Below are positions 1 to 12,912 of a DNA stretch of 64,000 bases, piece by piece. The first letter of the stretch is position 1. Each line of letters starts with the position of its first letter. The notes under the pieces are model-generated. The model worked only from the letters and a program-made list of their open reading frames with translations, was not told the origin of the DNA and ran no database searches. Source of the DNA: Octopus vulgaris (taxonomy: Eukaryota); contig OX597818.1 of the NCBI GenBank assembly GCA_951406725.2, positions 68,014,001 through 68,078,000 of the forward strand. Direction: 5' to 3'. The position numbers and the translations under genes were made by a program.

Positions 1-334
1 AAACTGATACGAGTCGAAAAGCGCACCCATTGCTGCCGTCGACATCCAGGACGACCAGTCTACCCTCCGGGTCTACGAATATTGTCCTTACTTTGAGATC
101 CAGACTCTTGTGAAAAAGTACCGCGGTGCCACTACCGCCCATTCTCGGCAGACAGGGGGGAAAATAAATGTTGAACTGTCCGCCAAACATGGTCTTTAGG
201 GCCCGCGGATTGTGGAGTCTGGTCTCGTTTATGGCTATGATTTCTAACTTATGTGACTTTATGTCATTTAAGAGGTACCCTTGTTTCCAAGGGGACCCCA
301 AGCCACGCGCATTTACACAACCAATCTTGATCAT
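1..334 (-). CDS. LINE (L1/Tx1 clade) ORF2 N-terminus, AP-endonuclease domain; open to the window edge
   Basis: Manual translation from ATG at 334: MIKIGCVNARGLGSPWKQGYLLNDIKSHKLEIIAINETRL...GGSGTAVLFHK...DPEGRLVVLDV...FRLVSV. It shows the APE motifs (N-x-x-G-L, I-x-E-T, G-x-A-V-L, G-R) with no stop in 111 codons. Absent from the ORF track because it has no stop inside the window. Confidence 0.92.
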   Translation of the reverse strand, partial: MIKIGCVNARGLGSPWKQGYLLNDIKSHKLEIIAINETRLHNPRALKTMFGGQFNIYFPPCLPRMGGSGTAVLFHKSLDLKVRTIFVDPEGRLVVLDVDGSNGCAFRLVSV

Positions 335-2372
335 AGTTCTAATGAATTAGAATACAGAGGGTTACTTACTGCTTTCTCCTCCGTTTTTGCTTTCTCCTCC
401 GTTGGTTTGTCCTCGAGAAGATCCCAGTACAGTTTCTTTGTGAGATATTTTTGGCATTTACCAACCGCACTGGGGAAAATGCCTTTGAGTGTGTGGTGCA
501 GACTTTTGGAGATGTGTAATATTTTGATGTGGTCTGGTGGTGTTGTGTATGGGTGATTGTTTGTTTTTATGTCATCTTCTGTTATGTTTGTTTTTGATTG
601 GATGTATTCCATTAAATTTGTGTTTTTGGTGTCTATGGCTGTGAGCATGTTTGCTGTATATGTTTTTGTGGTGTTGGTGTGGCTGTTGTTTGCGTTGGGT
701 TTTGAAATGTCTTCGGGAGATGTATTTCCCCCTGCTTTGTTCGTGTTTGCATTTGGTTTGGTTGTGTTTCTGCTCTTTATTTTCCTTCTTTTTGTAGCTA
801 TTTGCCATTCCTCACTGGTTTCGTCTTCCGACGAAATTTCTGAGGAATCAGAAGGGGGTAGGGGTATGTTGTGGGCTTCTATGTATGTCTGTGTAAGTGG
901 TTGTGTTGTTGTTTTCGTTGTTGTTGGTTGTTGAGTGTTTGTGTGTGTTGAGTGCGGTATAAGGGATGGGGGATCAGTTTGTGTGTGTTTTCTTTGTTTT
1001 TCTGTTCCTTTGGGTTTTGCTGTTGTTGGTGGTGTTGGTATTTTTCCAGGTGTTGAGTGGTCTTTGGTTGATGACGGATTAGCTTGGTGTGCTTCTCTTG
1101 TCGTCTTCTGTGTTGATGGTGGTGTGGGTAGTAGAGCTTTTTTTCCGGAGTGCTTTGGTTGTGGTAGTGGTTGTTGTTGTTGCTCTTGGTGTGCAGTGGT
1201 TGGGCACGTCTTTTTCAAGTGTGTTTCGCTTCCACACAAATAGCAGCGTGGTCGCCTGCCCTCAACCACTATATAGAGTTTGTAGCCTCCTGGCAGTTCT
1301 ATAGAGGTGGGTATCTTCTCTCTTGCTGCTTCATCCAATTGAAGCAGGAATTCGATTGATTTGCCCACATAGTCTTTCTCTCCTAGAACCGCGATTTCCA
1401 GGATGTTTGTCTCTGACATTGTCTCTGACATTTCAAAGCAGATGGCAGAGACCAACCATTGTGTTTCGACATCAAATGGTATGTTTTTTATTTGGACTTT
1501 CGTGACCCTTTTGTTTAAATAGACTGGTATCATTACCAAGTCGTCCGAATGTAGCTCCAATGTGGAAAAACGTTTTGCTAAACTTTCGTTGAGGAAACGT
1601 ACTTGGACTGTACCAAATTTGTTTCCCCAACTGATATATTCCTTGGAGTCCCATGCAGGACGAAGGCATTTTTCGATTTTTTCTGCGGTGCATTTTCTGT
1701 TCTTCTTGTTTTTTTGTTTATTACTTTATAAATTATTGTTTTTTTTTTGGTGTTTTCCACGATGTGTTGTGGAATGTGAAGGTGCAATTTGTCTCCTTCT
1801 TTGGAGAAGAGTGCCTTTGTGCGGTTTATCTCTTGTGTGGTGAATGTTACAATTGTTCTTTTTTGTTTTGTTACGTCCGCAAAATTCGTTTTGAATTTGG
1901 CAGTAGAAGTGTTAATTGTGGCAGTGTTAATTGAAGTCATGGTAGTGGTGTTGGTGTTGGCGGTATTAGCAGTAGAAGGCTTGGATGTAGCATTTGACGT
2001 CGTAGTAGTGGTGTTGGTGTTGGCGGTGTTGTCTTTGGTAGGCGGCTTTGTGCCAATTTCGTTGTTGTTGTTGTTGGTGGTGATGGTGGTGGTGCTGGCA
2101 TTCATGTTTTCGTTTGTATTCATTTTTGAAATCCCTTTCTCTGTCCCTTTATCATCAACAAGTGGTGTGGGGAGTGAGGGGAAATCTAAGTTAATGTCTT
2201 TGGTCGCGGCGATGGTGAATGCGGCGTTAGATTTGTTGTTGTTGTTGTTGGTGGTGGTGATGGTGGTGACAGCGGTGTTCACGCTGCGATGTTTAGTAGT
2301 TAGTGGTAGCAATAGTGTTTTGCTACCGTTCTGCATGACTGGCGGGCTAGCCACGTGGTTTCTAGTTGCCAT
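331..2372 (-). CDS. LINE (Tx1-type) ORF1 gag-like protein with CCHC zinc knuckle, split by one frameshift near 1680
   Basis: ORF 1578-2378 (ATG at 2372) and ORF 331-1560 join via a -1 shift around the A-run at ~1677-1682 (..APQ/EKIEKCLRPAWDSKEYISWGNKFGTVQVRFLNESLAKRF..). Contains the knuckle CYLCGSETHLKKTC (CX2CX4HX4C) preceded by VEGRRPR. The stop TGA overlaps the ORF2 ATG. Confidence 0.88.
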
Positions 2373-2585
2373 TTTCAAAATGAAAAATGGCTAAAAAACC
2401 CACGAAAGTTTTGAAAGTTTTTTTGTAATTTCGCCCATACAGGGGCGGAATTCTACGTGAATAATTCTCAGGTTTTTTAGTGAATGAACTTGCACAACAA
2501 AATATTTGACAACAAGGAGTTTTAAACATGTAAAAGTGGCCAACTTACGTGGAGCCGATATGACTATCGTCCGTCCATTGTGAGA

Positions 2586-2695
2586 GATAGATAGATAGAT
2601 AGATAGATAGATAGGTAAATAGATAGATAGATAGATAGGTAGGTAGGTAGGTAGATAGATAGATAGATAAATAGATAGATAGATAGATAGATAGG

Positions 2696-2739
<44 letters not shown>

Positions 2740-2788
2740 AAGATAGAAAAATAGATAGATAGAAAAATAGATAGACAGACAGACAGAC
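2586..2788. repeat. (GATA)n/(GGTA)n/(GACA)n tetranucleotide microsatellite
   Basis: Visible tandem tagatagata... tract. Confidence 0.97.
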
Positions 2789-3399
2789 ATATGGGAAAAC
2801 TGAGAAAAGTTTGAAGATTCATCAAAATGTTTTTTTTAATACATATTTTTTGTTTATTACACAAAAAACAAGCATAAACCAAAAATGAGGACAAAAGCAC
2901 CAAAGAGAAAGCAATCTGTGGATAGCCACAGGTGAAAGTTGAGCACAAAAACAAAAAGAAGTAAAACCTGGTAAGACAATGGCCTTGGAATGAAAAGTCT
3001 GTAAGTTCTATGGAAAGGGTACCTGCTGACATGGAGACATAGGTACAGGCTTTAGATTGGCGTTTTCTAGGTCGCATGTCAGTGGTACGGGTTTTGCTTG
3101 CCCCTAGGCCAGGGAGAACTGTCCATGAGGAGACAAACAACTCCACCATGATCACTAAGGACACAAACCCAGGTGACAAAGCATGACGCCCCCATCTTGG
3201 AAATATTTGGATGCTGCACGCACTTTTCCTACGAGGAAAAACATGTAGACACTGTACGGACAGCAGCTGTTGGTCAACGGTCTTATTGGAGATGGCACAG
3301 GTGATTGTAAGGTAGCTGACCTGGCTTCAGGTATTGAACTTGAGAAACACATCCCAACATCAACATACTACCACCCTAATATCAAATGGCGTCAGGGCT

Positions 3400-5735
3400 G
3401 CCATCTCTCTGCTATTTCATTTCATGAACAGAAAGCAAGCAGAGCCTCTGCTCAGAGTCACAAATATACTCTTCATAGATCAAATAGAACTCCGCCCAAC
3501 AAGGGGCAAAAATATTCTCTACCTCTGCTTCATGAATAATGCAGCGTTCAGCCATAATTCTAAAGTGACACTCACGATTTTTTCAGACCATAACTTAATA
3601 AAACTAACTCCTTCCCAGCCGTAACTTTCATAAACCTGATTGGAAGGATATTCAAAAACAGGTCATAGAACAAAACTGGTCTACAAGTCTCTCTACATAA
3701 GGTATTGACATAAATCATTTAAAACTTATAATAAACATGCATGGTATATGCAGTAAGTTTGCGCCAGAGAGAATGTGAAGCCAACAGGCAATTATAATTC
3801 GCGGAGAAAGGAAGATTCTAATGCGTCGACAGGCGATCTTAAACCGTTTAAGTGACCCACTGGAGGATAGCAAAGAATATCATCTCGCACAAACACTGCT
3901 TGAAATTGAAGGGGAACTCAAACATATCCATGAAAAGCAGACGGCCGACAAGGAATTCGGGGCTGTAAAAAATATAAAGACAAACATTAAAGCATTCTAT
4001 AGATTTGAAAAAGTGTCTGCTTAAATACGATACAAGATTCGACCAATTTTCGATGAAAATGGCTCACCGACAGCAGACCCCACCTCCCAGAGGATCAGTT
4101 AAATGTTAAATGTGCAGTACTGGAATGTTTTCATAATTCTGCTGGAACACTTACTTGAGTTCTTCGGCAATACAACTCTACACAAAAAGATGGCACTAAT
4201 TGATAACATCAAAATAGAGAAAACAAATGTAATGATGAAATGAGCACAAAATTCAGCCACAGGCCCTGATGGATTCCTAGCAATTCTTAAGAAATGCAGA
4301 GGGGATCTAGCAAGACCACTAAAAATCCAACTCCATATCTTCCATACTACTGGGAGACTTCCCAGAAAAGAATAAAGTGTCCTATCGATAAGGAGAATAG
4401 CAGAATATTTGCTAAACATTATAGACCTGACTCTCTAACCTCCCATATCAACAAAGTCATAGAAAGCATCCCATCAGGAAGAAACTGACTGCATTCCTCG
4501 AAGATAGGGATTTGATCCCTGACACCCAGCATGGCTTCATTCAGGAAGAAGCTGCCTTACACAGCTTTTGCAGTATCATAATTTTAATCTATTGTCAAAA
4601 ATACTTTTTCATTTATTTTTCTAATTTTCGATACTTTTTAAACATTTCCTCTTCTCCAACTCTGACGATCGGAAATATTGTCTATCAATTTGTATCAACA
4701 ATGGGTTCTATTATAATGACAATACTTTCGTTAAACGATCGTAAGAAGCATTAATTAACACATTTTTTAAATGTCATGTTTCATATGTTTATATATATTT
4801 TAATACAATACAATTTTAGACATATATATCTTCGTGAGAAATATTTTTCATATTGAATTTCACGCTATTATTTCAAAATACAGTAGATATAATCGCCCTT
4901 ATTAACGCCTAAATATTTCATAGTATATTAACATTTTTGACATTTTATACAAAGAGCACGCATTATAAATTCAGTGTATAATATTCTAACAGAATACATT
5001 TAATTAATGATACGTATCATAACTGGGTGTTGAAACAATTAATGAAACGCTCAGACGTGGAAGTGATGCATCTTTACTATGCAAAGACCTTTGATAAGGT
5101 CGATCATAGGGTCATGTGTCACAAGATACAGAGACTGGTCATAATTGGATAACTGGAAGAATGGTTACATGGACTTGTTAAAAAACAGAAGCAATGTGGT
5201 GGCAGCCAATGGAGCCCTCTCCAAGGAGACAGTTATAGACAACCTAGTGCCTCAAGGAACTATCTTGGGGCCGCTGCTATTTATGATGACTCACTTGGAG
5301 ATGCCCTCAGTTATGCAGTCAACCACACTTGCTAACTATGCCAACAACACTAAAGTATTACAAGAACTCAAGGAATTTTCCAATGCTACTCTACAGAAAA
5401 ATACAGCTGCCATATCTAAATGGGCTGAAGAAAACCAAAAGCAATTTAATGCCGGTAAATTCCATTCGCTTGTGCTGCTAACATGCCTCATCAACGATAG
5501 TTTGAACCAAAAGTAGCGGCAATCCCAGAGTCAAGTGCAGAGTGTGATCTGAGGATTGATGGGAGCAACAACGCTTCGCTTCACATGCATATCACCAAGA
5601 TGGTGGCAATGTGCAGGCGAATGGCTTGGTGGCTGGGTGGCTGGATCTCGGGGATTTTCAGAACAAGGGACCAGGAAACTATACTTGTTCTATGGAGGAC
5701 ATTTCTACTCAGCCGTCTGGAATACTGCTCTCATC
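3400..5735 (+). mobile_element. Decayed CR1-like LINE ORF2 (endonuclease C-terminus plus reverse transcriptase), interrupted by an insertion
   Basis: Motifs across frames: RPTRGKNILYLCF, SDHNLI, IKTNIKAFYRF, ATGPDG, YRPDSLTSHINKVIE, QHGF, AKTFDKVDH, VPQGTILGPLLF, YANNTKV (YADDTK), QFNAGKF, SRLEYCS. Many stops and frameshifts. Confidence 0.85.
4582..5013. mobile_element. Unclassified AT-rich 432-bp insertion with 9-bp TSD
   Basis: GTATCATAA at 4573-4581 and 5014-5022. Removing the insert restores the RT reading CLTQLLQYHNWVLKQL. Confidence 0.7.
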
Positions 5736-5814
5736 TGTCACTCTTCTCTCAATCTCTTAAAAAATTATACATCTACGTGTCTTTTTCTTTCCCCTCTCTC
5801 CCTCTCTCTCTATA

Positions 5815-5877
<63 letters not shown>

Positions 5878-6563
5878 GACCAGTAGCAAACCATTACGCA
5901 TGCACATTGCATTAAATAACCCCTATACGAAATGAAACCGGTTGATAATTATATCCACCTGTAAAGTAAATTTGAAATAATTTGATTGTTGTAAGGCATT
6001 TCGGATATGATATATCTTAGAATATGTATCAATGCATTTTGACACAAGTTGATTATGATAATCAGTTTTTTTTAATATATAAATTTATTTATGAAGGAAT
6101 TGATTGTAATGGCATAATTTGGAAATAATTGACGAATCTAAAAATGTAAAAATTAACTACAAAGTAAAAAAGTACATTTTCTTCTTTACATAAATATTTT
6201 CCGTATCTCGTGTCTCGTACACGATATTTTAACATTTGTGTGTGTATGTGTTTATTTATTCATATATGCATGTTTGTACATATTCATGTATCTATATATG
6301 TAGCTATGTGTATGTTTGTACGCATATAAATAACCTCAAATGCCTGGCTAAACTCGAACAGTTGCCTCGTTTGTCTTTTAGCTCCCAGACAGGTTAGATT
6401 GTAGGCCAAATCTCACAAAGCAGGGCAGCTCAAGAATGAACACCGAGTGAAACGAATTTACAGAACCTGAAATTCTTCTTGTATCATAGATTCGTTTTGG
6501 TGTGGGCTAAGTAACAGTGTATCAGATCGGAACATAGTCACAGCACACACGTCTCTCTCTCTC

Positions 6564-6628
<65 letters not shown>

Positions 6629-7089
6629 GATTACTTATCACTCTATATACTTTTATATGTATGTGTATCATGGTTTTTATGAGTGTGTGCAGTCACTCAG
6701 ACATTATCATGCTTACATATATAATACACGGATATAAGTATATATACAGATGTGTATGCGATCGCACACGCACATACATACACACACACACACACACACA
6801 TGCACATACAAGACTCATTGGATTATTACGTATTCTTACTTACAATATACTCAAACTAGTTTATCACAGTCTCCAATGTTTTTCTCAAACCAGTTTTTCT
6901 GATGGTGTCATACCATCAAAGCGGTGCACCAGTATGGCCACAATTCAACAAAGGAATCAGGTGAAAGATAACAAAAAATGATACATGCACAAAAACACAC
7001 ATACATACATACATATATTCATGCGTTTGCAATATCTGTATGTGTGTGTGTATATATATATCCATGCATACATACATACATACACATAT

Positions 7090-7120
<31 letters not shown>

Positions 7121-7123
7121 CTT

Positions 7124-7193
<70 letters not shown>

Positions 7194-8111
7194 CACATAT
7201 ATATGTATGTATGTATATACACACACACACACATACACACACATACACACACACACGCACATATATATGACGCAGTTGCGAAAAAGTGAAAATCCATTTA
7301 TGACATCCCATAAAAACACAGGTAAGAGACAAACAAAATGGCGTTTGTATTATTTCCTCTCGTCTTTTAGTCATGTGATATGCTGTCTCCAATTTCCACC
7401 TGATCATGTGATACAATACGTTTATCTATTCATAGTCGAACTTCATCCTCCCACCCTCCCACTTTAAAATCTCGCACTCTCTTTCCCTCTCTCTTGGTAG
7501 CAGTGCCTCTCCTTTCTGGTTCTCTCCATAGCAGCATGGCACCCTCTCACCATTTAGCTGCCCATTTTTTCTTCCCCATTATCCTATTTCTGAGTGCACA
7601 TACACTACACATCCGAATACAACACACACACACACATACATACATACACACACACACACAGATACATCGATATATATTTTGATATATATATATATATATG
7701 TATATACACATACGTATACATAAATATATACATATATGCATATGTGTGTTTGTGTGTGTGCGCGTTTGTATGTGTAAACTAAATTGAAAGTGCATTTTCA
7801 ATAGGTTTAGTGCGTGCATATACACCTCAGTGTATGAGCATATATATATATCTTCTATCATATATAGATATATAAACACACACACACACACACATACACG
7901 TATATACACAGGAAGCTTTTCATTTCATTTCATTGGCAAATATGCTGGTAATGATTCCAGGCTATCCCAAATTACTAATGACTAGCTCCAGTAACGAATA
8001 AATCCATTTCTTTATTCAAACAATATTCTATCGATTACGTATAACTGATCAATATCTTATTGATTAGTTATACATCAAATACTTAACAAACGACATACAC
8101 ACACATACGCA

Positions 8112-8161
<50 letters not shown>

Positions 8162-8220
8162 CACATATATATGTATATATATATATATTTATATACATAA
8201 ATGTATACATACATAAATAG

Positions 8221-8313
<93 letters not shown>

Positions 8314-8339
8314 CATAAATGTATACATACATAAATAGT

Positions 8340-8370
<31 letters not shown>

Positions 8371-8415
8371 TTATATATGTACATATATATACATACATAT
8401 ATATATGTGTGTGTT

Positions 8416-8458
<43 letters not shown>

Positions 8459-8890
8459 AAAAAGAAAATGAAACTAGTTTTGCCTCGTCCCTCTCCCTCC
8501 AATAACGAATTACTTGAAGCTGGGGCCGTTTTTGACATGCTGTCAGGAACAAAGCCACCATGAAAACAATTATTGAGAAATATAAGTTTGATGTGTATGA
8601 ATCAACACCTATGGTCTTCATTAACGTTTCCGGGGAAAATGCCTCATCGACAGCAGCAGAAACAGTAGCTCCAACACCAACACCAACACCAACACCAAAA
8701 TCACCGACAGCAACGGCAATGCCACCATCGCCATCACCAGTACAGCTACTGCCACCGTCATCGTTTGTTTTGCTCGGTAACCACATTATCATCGTTGATG
8801 TCATCAATGTATTGAACACTACAAACTCCTCTTCAGCATCATCATCACCACCGCTGTGACCAAAATGACTAAGAGTGTTATGGAGATTAT

Positions 8891-9115
8891 GCGAGCTGGC
8901 AGAACCGTTAGCACGCCGGGCGAAATGCGTAGCCGCATTTCGTCTGCCGTTACGTTCTGAGTTCAAATTCCGCCGAGGTCGACTTTACCTTTCATCCTTT
9001 CGGGGTCGATAAATTAAGTACCAGTTACGCACTGGGGTCGATATAATCGACTTAATCCCTTTGCCTGTCCTTGTTTGTCCCCTCTGTGTTTAGCCCCTTG
9101 TGGGTAGTAAAGAAA
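8891..9115 (+). mobile_element. tRNA-derived SINE family A
   Basis: gcgagctggcagaa...gttctgagttcaaattcc (B-box-like)...ctttcatcctttcggggtcgataaattaagtaccag...gtaaagaaa. Near-identical copies at 10020, 28738, 61326-61735 and 62265. Confidence 0.85.
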
Positions 9116-10020
9116 TTATATTCTTACTAAAGCTACCAACAGCACGACCATGTATATTTTCATCATCATCATCATCACCATCACCACAACCAACGTCAGT
9201 ATTATCAATTTAACCATCATTATCAGCGATAACGAAGCCATCGTCTCCGCCATTACAATTATCGCTAACACCACCGTCGCTGCAATTACCATCACCATAC
9301 TCACCCCAATCCACCACCATCACCCTTATTGCAATCATCCACATCACAGCCAAAACCACTACAGTATCCATCATTGCCACCACCATCACAACCACCACCG
9401 CCACAGCCATGGTCACCACCACCACCACCAACAACAACATTACCACTGCCACTACCGCTCCGTACTAAGCACATATAAGATTGGAAATCGTTCACTCAGG
9501 CCTGAAGTACCACTTCATCATGTGAATATCTGTGACTGATTTATTGCAGTGTAAGGAAACTTGTGCACAGAAAAGTAATTCTTTCTCTTAATTTCCGATT
9601 ATTATTTTTTTATACTCTTTTTTTGCCATTTTATTTTTTCTCATCGCAGGTCGATCTAAAAGCTCTGTTCTCTGCTGAAAGGGAAACTAAATTGTTTGTG
9701 TTGTTTTTTATGGTGTTCTTAATTTTAACATTGTGTTGTTGTATTGTAGGCAGCATTAAAGTGATCGTTCACATTCAGGTCTAATGAAAGCGTAATAACT
9801 TACTTGCAGGGTTGATAACCATTATCTCCTCTGACTATTGTATTAAGAGGAGGAATGATCGATGGAATAATATCCTACCAGACTGAGTTTTTCTATTGTA
9901 GTACAAGGAACAAACTGTATGGTTTTATGGAATGACATAAGGAAATAGGTAGAATGGAGCTAGATTATAACGCAGAGAACAAGTGTGAGGTAATGTCAGG
10001 CACTTCGTAGAATGTAGCTA

Positions 10021-10222
10021 AGGCGGCGAGCTGGCAGAGTTGTTAGCACGCCGGGCGAAATGCTTAGCGGTATTTCGTCTGCCGTTACGTTCTGAGTTCA
10101 AATTCTGTCGAGGTCGGCTTTGCCTTTCATCCTTTCGGGGTCGATATAATTGACTTAATCCCTTTGTCTGTCCTTGTTTGTCCTCTCTGAATTTAGCCCT
10201 TTGTGGGTAGTAAAGAAATAAC
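10021..10222 (+). mobile_element. SINE family A with 10-bp TSD
   Basis: Same consensus as 8891, flanked by AATGTAGCTA at 10011-10020 and 10223-10232. Confidence 0.88.
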
Positions 10223-10927
10223 AATGTAGCTATAGAACAGAATATGGCAAATAGTAGTATATATCTATGGTATAATGTAAGATATTAGTCTGAGTTTCTC
10301 TATAGTAAGACGTATAGGTTGAATGTATCTTTAGTATAAAATAAGGCAGCAGTTAAAAGGCAATAAGAATAATGTATTTACAATGTAATAAAGCAGCGGA
10401 TTGATCGTATGATTAGCTTAAGATAGACAAAATATATAATTGCAGCTTACCAAGACAAACCATGGAAGGCTTAGACTTTTGTAAGAAGCTGTTGTATGTA
10501 AGCATTTCTTACCAGAAATTGTAGCTTACATCTGCAAACTATAAGTCATTACATTTTACATCTAAACAGCCCTGACAAACCTATTGTATTAACAGAATAT
10601 CTGCCTCAAACAGAACACTTTTTTCAGCTGGTTTCAGTATAAAACTTATGTTTTTTTTAGATAAATACTCATTCCCAGTAAAAAGGTAATAATTGTCTCC
10701 CTTTGTACGGTGTCAAACACAAAATATGCTTCACACTTGAATTCAATAAACGAAATTGATACATCGATATTCAAAGATTTGTATAAATGTACTTATTTAT
10801 TTACCTAATTAATATTTGCTCTGGTTTTAATTTGGTTTAAACTGTCATATATTTAATGATTTCTAATATCACTTTCAATGTCACTCAACAGAGAATGTTA
10901 TAATCTATATACGGAAAATATAAACAG

Positions 10928-11218
10928 TGGTGGGTGTGTGGTAAGTAGCGTATTTACCAACCACATGGTACCGGGTTCAGCCCCACTTCATGTCATCTTT
11001 GGCAAGTGTCTTCTACTGTGGCCTCGGGCTGACCAAAGCCTTATGAGTGGATTTGGTCGACGAAATTGAAAGAAACCCGTCGTTTGCTTTTCATCCTTTC
11101 GGGGTCGATTAAATAAGTACCAGTTACGCACTGGGGTCGATGTAATCGACTTAATACCTATGTCTGTCATTGTTTGTCCCCTCTATGTTTAGCCCCTTGT
11201 GGGTAATAAAGAACTGCG

Positions 11219-11270
<52 letters not shown>

Positions 11271-11472
11271 TGTGTGTGTTTGTGTGTTTGTGTTTGTCCC
11301 ATCAACATCGCTTGTCAACCGATGTAACTTAATGGTTCGGCAAAAGAGACCGATAGAATAAGTAGTAGGCTTTCAAAGAATAAGTGCTAGGGTCGATTTG
11401 CTCGACTACAAGGTGCTTCTCCAGCATGGCCGCAGTCATATGACTGAGACAAGTAAAAAAATAAAAGAATAA
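10928..11472 (+). mobile_element. SINE family B (CORE-like) containing a 5'-truncated family A copy (~11083-11213)
   Basis: gtgtggtaag...ccgggttcag...ttggcaagtgtcttctact head and core, internal (TG)n, tail ggtcgatttgctcgact...ctccagcatggccgcagtc...aagtaaaa. Confidence 0.82.
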
Positions 11473-11508
11473 ATAATTGTACATCATCATCGTCGTCGTC
11501 GTCGTCAT

Positions 11509-11560
<52 letters not shown>

Positions 11561-12667
11561 GTCATCGTCATTATACAACTGTGTTGCCTGCTGGTATGTG
11601 TTACACTGTGGCTGGATTGAAAAGGGGTCAGGGACTGCATCAGGTTCCCCTATTTACCTTCTGATCGTTTCTTCAGCTGAAACTATTCTCAATGCCAACA
11701 GCTTTAAAATCTTCGCGGAGTGCATTTTGTTACCGTGCGAGTGATCTTGTCATGCAGCATGCAAAAACTACAAACCTTGCGAGGTAGCTTTATGCTTTGG
11801 AATGAGAGGCACAGCACATGAAAAAGGAGCCAGAAGAGAGTAGGAGGTTTCTTGCTGTAAGGGTGCAACGTGGCAAATCACAGTTTAGAAGAGAATGTCT
11901 TGGAGATGAGGGGAAGTTGTTAAAGTGAGAAAACCGTGGGTGATTATGCGTCTGGTTGAACCCTAAAACTGGAGAATGATTAAAAGTTAGAAGAGACAAA
12001 AGAATCAGAAGTGAGGGAATAAAGAAATTGCAAGAGCGTAAATATAATTACGATACCTTTGCTGTCTGCTGTACACAAGAAACCAGAACAGTATCCGAAA
12101 TACTTTTCTATAACAAACTCAAATATTGTTTAACCCCCATCAACTCTAATGAAACAGATGTGGATTCAAAGGTAATCCAAGTGAAGTCATTCTACCGTTT
12201 TAGTTTTTAAGGTCACCTGGTAAGTACAGTATATAATATGTTAATTTGTTAACACAGCAGGATGGGGTTTGTGGGTGGTAAAGTGGTTAATTATAACAGA
12301 TTAATTAACCATATAGTTTGCTTCCTAAACACATAGTCTCGGGTTCAGTCCGGTTGTGTGCTAATTTGGATAAGTTTTGTTTGCGATAGCTGCATACTGA
12401 CCATTTGAACGTCCACACACCTATGCTCCTATGGGTAACATGAAATTCGTTGTGACAAATTTTTCTGCAGCTATATGACCTTCCTATCAATAAAACTCTT
12501 CTGTTTCCGAACAAGAAAGCCTTTTCCTTCGGCTAAACGTCTTTTTCACAGAAGACTGAAAACGAATAACATTGCTCGTATGTGATGTCAAGATAAGTGT
12601 TACACACACACACAAACATACGCAAATGCCTACATTCATTCATACCCTCCCGAATATATCGTTTGTT

Positions 12668-12912
12668 CCTTATCGAGCCACGCCTGGCTCATAAGGGCCG
12701 GTTTTCCGGTTTCCTTGGCTTATAGGTTCCCCACCTGGACGGGACGCCGGCCCGTCTCAGGTGAGCTGCAGAGTGAGAGAAAGTTGTGGCGAAAGAGGCA
12801 GCAGAAATTCGCCATTACTTTCTGGCACACACATTGCCGGGTCTGAGATTCGAACCCGCGATCCCTCGACCGCGAGACCGCTGCTCTAACCACTAGGCCA
12901 TGTGGCTCCACT
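12668..12912 (-). mobile_element. SINE family C (tRNA head, V-domain-like centre)
   Basis: Reverse complement: tggcctagtggttagagcag...gggttcgaatc (A and B boxes), then gacgggccggcgtcccgtccagg. Second copy at 16105-16386. Confidence 0.85.

Larger units (their letters stand above)
1..2585 (-). mobile_element. Young L1/Tx1-clade non-LTR retrotransposon, 5' portion (5'UTR, ORF1, start of ORF2)
   Basis: ORF1-CCHC followed by APE ORF2. About 210 bp of putative 5'UTR abuts a (GATA)n tract; the 5' boundary is approximate. Confidence 0.85.

Noticed and set aside
557-2394. Hydrophobic plus-strand ORFs (125-201 aa)
   Set aside because: Antisense shadows of the A/C-rich LINE ORF1
8160-8360. ~40-bp repeat duplicated around an (AT)n tract
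   Set aside because: Slippage or assembly artefact within a microsatellite
6661-8460. YI/HT/CV-rich ORFs here and at 14.7-15.3, 36-37, 52.5-53.3 and 56.3-56.8 kb
   Set aside because: Translations of (AT)n/(CA)n microsatellites that lack stop codons
8560-9539. Pro/Thr- and His-rich ORFs
   Set aside because: Degenerate (CAC/CAT) trinucleotide tracts interrupted by a SINE; no domain or splice support
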